Positions 59,711-64,000 of a stretch of DNA of 64,000 nucleotides are shown here, piece after piece. Both the position numbers and the translations under genes were made by a program. This stretch comes from Candidatus Shapirobacteria bacterium (lineage in GTDB: Bacteria; Patescibacteriota; Microgenomatia; UBA12405). A model generated the notes under the pieces. It saw only the letters and a program-made list of their open reading frames with translations. It was not told where the DNA came from and did no database searches. Numbering within the stretch: position 1 is the first letter of the stretch; every line of letters starts with the position of its first letter. Location: assembly GCA_016188545.1 (NCBI GenBank), contig JACPHO010000001.1:419324-483323 (forward strand), read 5' to 3'.

Positions 59711-61159
59711 CTATGCTGTCATCGCCCGATAATACGCTTTCCCAAATGCAATTAGCTTTACCCCAAACGAGTTCCAACCATCTCGCCGAACAATCTCCAT
59801 AACCGTCTCTGCCACCCCCCTTCTTCTGACTCTAGTCTTTAAATAAAGCCAAGCAGCTTTTGGCAAGTTACTCTCAATATCTCGTTTCTTGTAGTCAGGG
59901 TATTCATAGACAGCTGTATTCCCATTGTATTTTCTCCAATCATCGGTCAACAGATTTCCCCGACTCTTCAATAAGTTATAAAAAGGTGTCCCTGGCTGAG
60001 GTGTGCACACCGATGCCTGAAAATCCCACAGCAGCCCTTCTTTTGTTAATTTCTCTATCAAATCCAATGTCTTCCCATCCTCTGTCAGGTTCGAATCAGG
60101 AGAACCAAATGTAAATGTTGCATACATTCTCATCCCCACTTTCTTAGCCATCTTAAGAACTTCAATAATTCGGTCAACATTCACATTTTTTACCATTCCT
60201 AGGGCCGTCTTTACCGATGCTGTCTCAATCCCAATTCTAATTTTGTAATAACCAGCCTTTCTCATCATGGTCAGCATTTCCTCATCGAAAGTCCAATACC
60301 CACACATGGCATCATACTTTAGATCCTGCAATCCATTATCAATTATGGCTTGACACAGTTCCATGACAAACTTTTTGTTCGAATTATGATTTTCTTCATC
60401 AAAGAAAATCCCATCCATTTCCGGATATTTATTCTTAAGATATTTAATTTCATCGATTACATTTTGAACTTCTCGGACTCTAAAATTTGGTTTGCCATAA
60501 TAAGTTTGTCGAGCTACACAAAAGTTACAATTCATCGGACACCCACGGGTTGCAAAGAACTCAATTTCCTTATAGTCACAACCGCCAATTCGGGTATAGT
60601 TCATCCGACTGATATCATCGTCCTCAGGAAAGGGGAGTGTGTGTACATCTAAAAGTTCCTTTACTGGGTTAGGATAAATTCCGTCAATTGTTTTCGGCTT
60701 TTCACCACTAACCAGCTTGACTACAGCCGGTTCGTATTCCCCAGTTGCCACGTAGTCGACACCATCAGCCAACACTTCTTTTGGAAAAGCAGTCGGATGT
60801 TGACCACAAAAAATAATTTTTGTACCGTACTTTTCCTTAAACTTAAGAGCAAATCTAAGATCGTATTTATAGACAACCGATGATGTTTCAACCACCAGAT
60901 AATCAGGCATAAACTTTTTATACTTCTCAAAATATTCCTCGGCTGTTAGTTCTTCATAATTCCCATCTACCATTTTCACTTCCAAGTCTTTGTTTTGCTT
61001 TAACATCGATGACAGATATCCTAGCTCGTATGGATAAAAGTTAAACGATTTGGTTTTTCCAACACAAGTCGACCATCGAGAAGGAAATAAAATGTAATGA
61101 TTTCCATCATCATCTTTACCTACAGAGTTCGCTATCAACACTTTTGTCCTGGATTTCAT
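59711..61159 (-). CDS. B12-binding-domain radical SAM protein (HpnJ-like N-terminus)
   Basis: PSRWS...FYPYELGYL, CGQHPT, GEYE, RGCPMNCNFC, GIET, TPQPGTPFY. Confidence 0.9.
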   Translation of the reverse strand: MKSRTKVLIANSVGKDDDGNHYILFPSRWSTCVGKTKSFNFYPYELGYLSSMLKQNKDLEVKMVDGNYEELTAEEYFEKYKKFMPDYLVVETSSVVYKYDLRFALKFKEKYGTKIIFCGQHPTAFPKEVLADGVDYVATGEYEPAVVKLVSGEKPKTIDGIYPNPVKELLDVHTLPFPEDDDISRMNYTRIGGCDYKEIEFFATRGCPMNCNFCVARQTYYGKPNFRVREVQNVIDEIKYLKNKYPEMDGIFFDEENHNSNKKFVMELCQAIIDNGLQDLKYDAMCGYWTFDEEMLTMMRKAGYYKIRIGIETASVKTALGMVKNVNVDRIIEVLKMAKKVGMRMYATFTFGSPDSNLTEDGKTLDLIEKLTKEGLLWDFQASVCTPQPGTPFYNLLKSRGNLLTDDWRKYNGNTAVYEYPDYKKRDIESNLPKAAWLYLKTRVRRRGVAETVMEIVRRDGWNSFGVKLIAFGKAYYRAMTA

Positions 61160-61161
61160 TG

Positions 61162-62004
61162 TTAAATCTTACCACTTTTTCCCTCAACCTCAACTACTCC
61201 ATGTTGAGCCACTAAGACCGAAAAGATCCAAAGTATTGGGATAGTTATAGTTTGAAATACAATCATTGTTGGAATAGTTAGTTTAAACCCAAACTTCGAC
61301 AATATTGAGTAGCCCATCACCTGACGATATTCACCAAAATAATTTCTGCTCTTAATATCTTTAAAACCTACATCTTCAAACATCTTGAGTAGACCCGCTT
61401 CACTAAACAAAGTCTGATGATTCGGATAATCCAAATGGTACCAATTAGCACCCGCCAATTTTGCCTCCCACGACTCAACATTTGGCACCCTGACAACTAG
61501 TCTACCCGTAGGTGATAATATCCCTAAAATTTTTCTAATATATTCTGCTGGTTTTTCGATATGTTCCAAAACATGATACATCACCACCAACTCAAACTTT
61601 TCTTTAACTTTATCAATATCGTCAAACAGATGATCTTTTCCTAAGACGTTTTCTATTTGCCTCCTGGCATACTTTGACTTTTCTACACCAAAGACCCGAT
61701 ATCCCATAGATTTAAGAGCTTTTAAAAATTTACCTTCACCAAAACCAATTTCTAAAACCTTATCATTTTTTGACAAACTAAGAGTTTGATATCTATCCCA
61801 AAATGCGAATTTGTCAACAATATTCATTAGCCATCCACTTTTACTCCTACCATAATATTCCTTATCATAGACACTTTTCACCACACCGCTCATCGACACA
61901 CTTCTACACTGTAAGCACTCCACAAAACTTGAATCTATCTTCCACTGACGAGTATTATCTGACTCACATACCAGACATTTTCTTTGCTTCTTTTGTGTAG
62001 CCAT
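61162..62004 (-). CDS. Class I SAM methyltransferase with N-terminal zinc ribbon
   Basis: CLVC...CLQC, VLEIGFGEG, YHVLEH, VRVPN, PNH..LFS. Confidence 0.85.
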   Translation of the reverse strand: MATQKKQRKCLVCESDNTRQWKIDSSFVECLQCRSVSMSGVVKSVYDKEYYGRSKSGWLMNIVDKFAFWDRYQTLSLSKNDKVLEIGFGEGKFLKALKSMGYRVFGVEKSKYARRQIENVLGKDHLFDDIDKVKEKFELVVMYHVLEHIEKPAEYIRKILGILSPTGRLVVRVPNVESWEAKLAGANWYHLDYPNHQTLFSEAGLLKMFEDVGFKDIKSRNYFGEYRQVMGYSILSKFGFKLTIPTMIVFQTITIPILWIFSVLVAQHGVVEVEGKSGKI

Positions 62005-62845
62005 CTGATTTCCACTTAACAACTAACCACTGCATAATTATGTTCGGATAATTGTCAGTTGTTTTAACTATCCACTCCATTATATTTCGAATACGATTCA
62101 TTATTCGCCATTCCAATATCAAGATAATAAATCTACCCAATTTATTTTTAATTAAAAAAGGTAAAAAATTCACCGGCAATTTAGATTTTAAATAATATAA
62201 ACCACGTCCGTGACTAATAAATCTGTTTTTAATATCCTCAAATTTTAATTGATGGAAATGCCAAACTTTAGCGTTGCTATCAAAATATAATTTTAGACCA
62301 TTTATTTTGGCACGATAGGCAAACTCAATATCTTCCCACGCTGCTGTCGGAAATTCTTCACAAAACCACAATTCATTTTTTATTACAAAATTTCTCTTCA
62401 TTGAAAAGTTGCACGTCCACAAATAATACCAAGGTATTCTTCGAATTTTATCGGTATATTTAAATCGATAATTAAAATGTAGCCCACTTTGTCCCACCAA
62501 CCATTTCATCGCATTTATTTTGATTGTCTCAGGGTGATTTTCTGTCAATCCTACCATCCCCGCCGATTCTGATTTATGCCTACTATGAAAATCTAAGTGG
62601 GATTTTATAAACCCAATTTCTATAAAACTATCATCATTTAAAAACAGTAAATATTTTCCCCTTGACCTTTTTATCGCTTCATTTCTAGCCTTTGCGGGTC
62701 CATTATTACCAATTACTATTACGATTTCGTCACGATCTTTGTCAATCTGTGCTTCTAAAAGTGCCAGGGCCTCTTTTAATATCTCTTGTCGCTTAAGTGT
62801 CGGGATAATAATACTAAACCTTACTCTCCTCTGGCTACTTTCCAT
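61964..62845 (-). CDS. GT2 glycosyltransferase
   Basis: SIIIPT, GPAKARN, FLNDD, TCNFS, WEDIEFAYR. Confidence 0.87.
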   Translation of the reverse strand: MESSQRRVRFSIIIPTLKRQEILKEALALLEAQIDKDRDEIVIVIGNNGPAKARNEAIKRSRGKYLLFLNDDSFIEIGFIKSHLDFHSRHKSESAGMVGLTENHPETIKINAMKWLVGQSGLHFNYRFKYTDKIRRIPWYYLWTCNFSMKRNFVIKNELWFCEEFPTAAWEDIEFAYRAKINGLKLYFDSNAKVWHFHQLKFEDIKNRFISHGRGLYYLKSKLPVNFLPFLIKNKLGRFIILILEWRIMNRIRNIMEWIVKTTDNYPNIIMQWLVVKWKSDGYTKEAKKMSGM

Positions 62846-63999
62846 ATCTTTAGAATTATTTTTATGACTATCACTACCGGTGCCGAAATAATCGGTGATT
62901 GCTTCATTATAAACGCCGTGCCCAGTAACATTTTTCGAAGTACTATCATGTCAAAAGAGGATAGATACTTAGTCCTCATGTTACTAATATTTCCATTAAA
63001 TTTATTCCAATCAAAATCTTGAATTAGTCCCGACTTCATGGCATCAGCAAACATTTCCGTCCCAGGGTATGGAGTAATTGTGCTGAACCCTACCGATTCT
63101 GGGTTGAGTCTAACCAAATAATCAAATGTGTTTGACATTGTCTTCAAATTATCATCAGGCAACCCGATTATCATCAAAAAGTGAAGTTTCACTCCAACTT
63201 TTTTGGCAACTTCTCGAATATTTTGAATCGATTCCAAAGTCACTCCCGGCTTACCTTGGTAGATAATCAATTCTTGGTCAAGAGTCTCTATCCCCACATT
63301 AATCCCCAAACACCCAGCCTTTTTCATTATTTTTAAAAGCTCTGGAGTTAATACATTTATCCGTGTCTCACACCACCACCTAATCTTCAGTTTATTTTTT
63401 ATTATCAAGTTACAGAGTTCCTCAGTTCTTTTATTATCCAGAGTAAAAGTTGCATCACGAAATAGCACACTTTTAATTCCCAGTTTACTAATTACTTTTA
63501 ACTCTTTAATTACCCGTTCATTACTCATAGCTCTCCAAGTCTTTCCCTGGACTAGGGGATAAGGACAGTAAAATCCACATGGGTAGGGGCAGCCTCGACT
63601 TGTCTGCATAGTCGTCACCACCCCAGGAAGTAGTACATAGCGATACCGGTCAATTTTGGTTTCCTCTCGAGCTGATAGTGGCAGATCATCGAGATTTTTA
63701 ATCCTATCCTCCACAGTCATTGGCGACAGCCCAACTTTTTCATTATTCCAGTAGACACAGCCCGTTCTTCTTTTTCCACTCAAAAATTCTTCGATGGTTA
63801 AGTCACATTCACCAAAAATTATTAACTCAGCCCCAGAATCCTTAAGCACCCTTTCCAATATTTGTTTATAGTTTATCCCGGTCTTAAAAATTACCCGAAG
63901 ACCTGGGATATTTTCCATCAACTTTCTAGCAAATTCTGTATCTTCCGACACGGTTGGTAATGCCAAACCTGAGATTACAACTTCAATCTTTTTGTTTTT
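62821..63999 (-). CDS. B12-binding-domain radical SAM protein (5' end beyond the window)
   Basis: Frame is open to the window end; GE motif, TSRGCPYPCGFYC, GIET, IIGLP, TPYPGT. Confidence 0.88.
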   Translation of the reverse strand, partial: KNKKIEVVISGLALPTVSEDTEFARKLMENIPGLRVIFKTGINYKQILERVLKDSGAELIIFGECDLTIEEFLSGKRRTGCVYWNNEKVGLSPMTVEDRIKNLDDLPLSAREETKIDRYRYVLLPGVVTTMQTSRGCPYPCGFYCPYPLVQGKTWRAMSNERVIKELKVISKLGIKSVLFRDATFTLDNKRTEELCNLIIKNKLKIRWWCETRINVLTPELLKIMKKAGCLGINVGIETLDQELIIYQGKPGVTLESIQNIREVAKKVGVKLHFLMIIGLPDDNLKTMSNTFDYLVRLNPESVGFSTITPYPGTEMFADAMKSGLIQDFDWNKFNGNISNMRTKYLSSFDMIVLRKMLLGTAFIMKQSPIISAPVVIVIKIILKIWKVARGE

Positions 64000-64000
64000 T

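Noticed and set aside
291-63022. Many short ORFs (about 60-136 aa), antisense or off-frame inside long genes
   Set aside because: Nested in well-supported CDSs with no recognisable motifs; expected shadow ORFs.
51962-63999. BchE (Mg-protoporphyrin cyclase) or hopanoid pathway assignment for the radical SAMs
   Set aside because: No chlorophyll or squalene-hopene cyclase genes in the window; the context is entirely glycan-related.
1-64000. CRISPR array, DGR, transposase, prophage, tRNA or rRNA
   Set aside because: I found no repeat-spacer periodicity, reverse transcriptase, transposase, phage gene or cloverleaf; intergenic gaps are almost all tiny.
1-64000. Alternative genetic code (TGA = Gly, as in Gracilibacteria/Absconditabacteria)
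   Set aside because: TGA ends secA, typA and ftsE at expected C-termini, and long ORFs are intact under code 11.

Overview
AT-rich, densely packed bacterial chromosome segment read with genetic code 11. Gene content and style suggest Patescibacteria/CPR, Microgenomates-like (inference). Bases 1-13.9 kb hold housekeeping and envelope genes: secA 3' end, Fic, DHH phosphoesterase, HIT, typA, a C39-peptidase/PPIase/thioredoxin trio, prfB, an LCP ligase, ftsE-ftsX, a coiled-coil M23 peptidase, and a DUF11 protein with an LPxTG-like tail. From 14.06 kb to past the window end lies a glycosylation mega-locus of at least 50 kb. It encodes about 16 polytopic GT-C-type (ArnT/PMT/YfhO-like) transferases, 12 GT2 (three resembling polyprenol-phosphate-sugar synthases), 4 GT4, one Wzx flippase, 3 SAM methyltransferases and 4 B12-binding radical SAM enzymes. 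No nucleotide-sugar synthesis gene, initiating transferase or Wzz is visible in the window. The most notable signals are: (1) this lipid-linked extracytoplasmic glycosylation system with radical-SAM tailoring; (2) a circularly permuted M23 domain with intact zinc ligands in the ftsEX operon; (3) pervasive leaderless-type -10 promoters; (4) several palindromic or short-period repeats, some in frame inside genes. I saw no CRISPR array, rRNA, tRNA or transposase. All family calls come from motif recognition by eye, not database searches.
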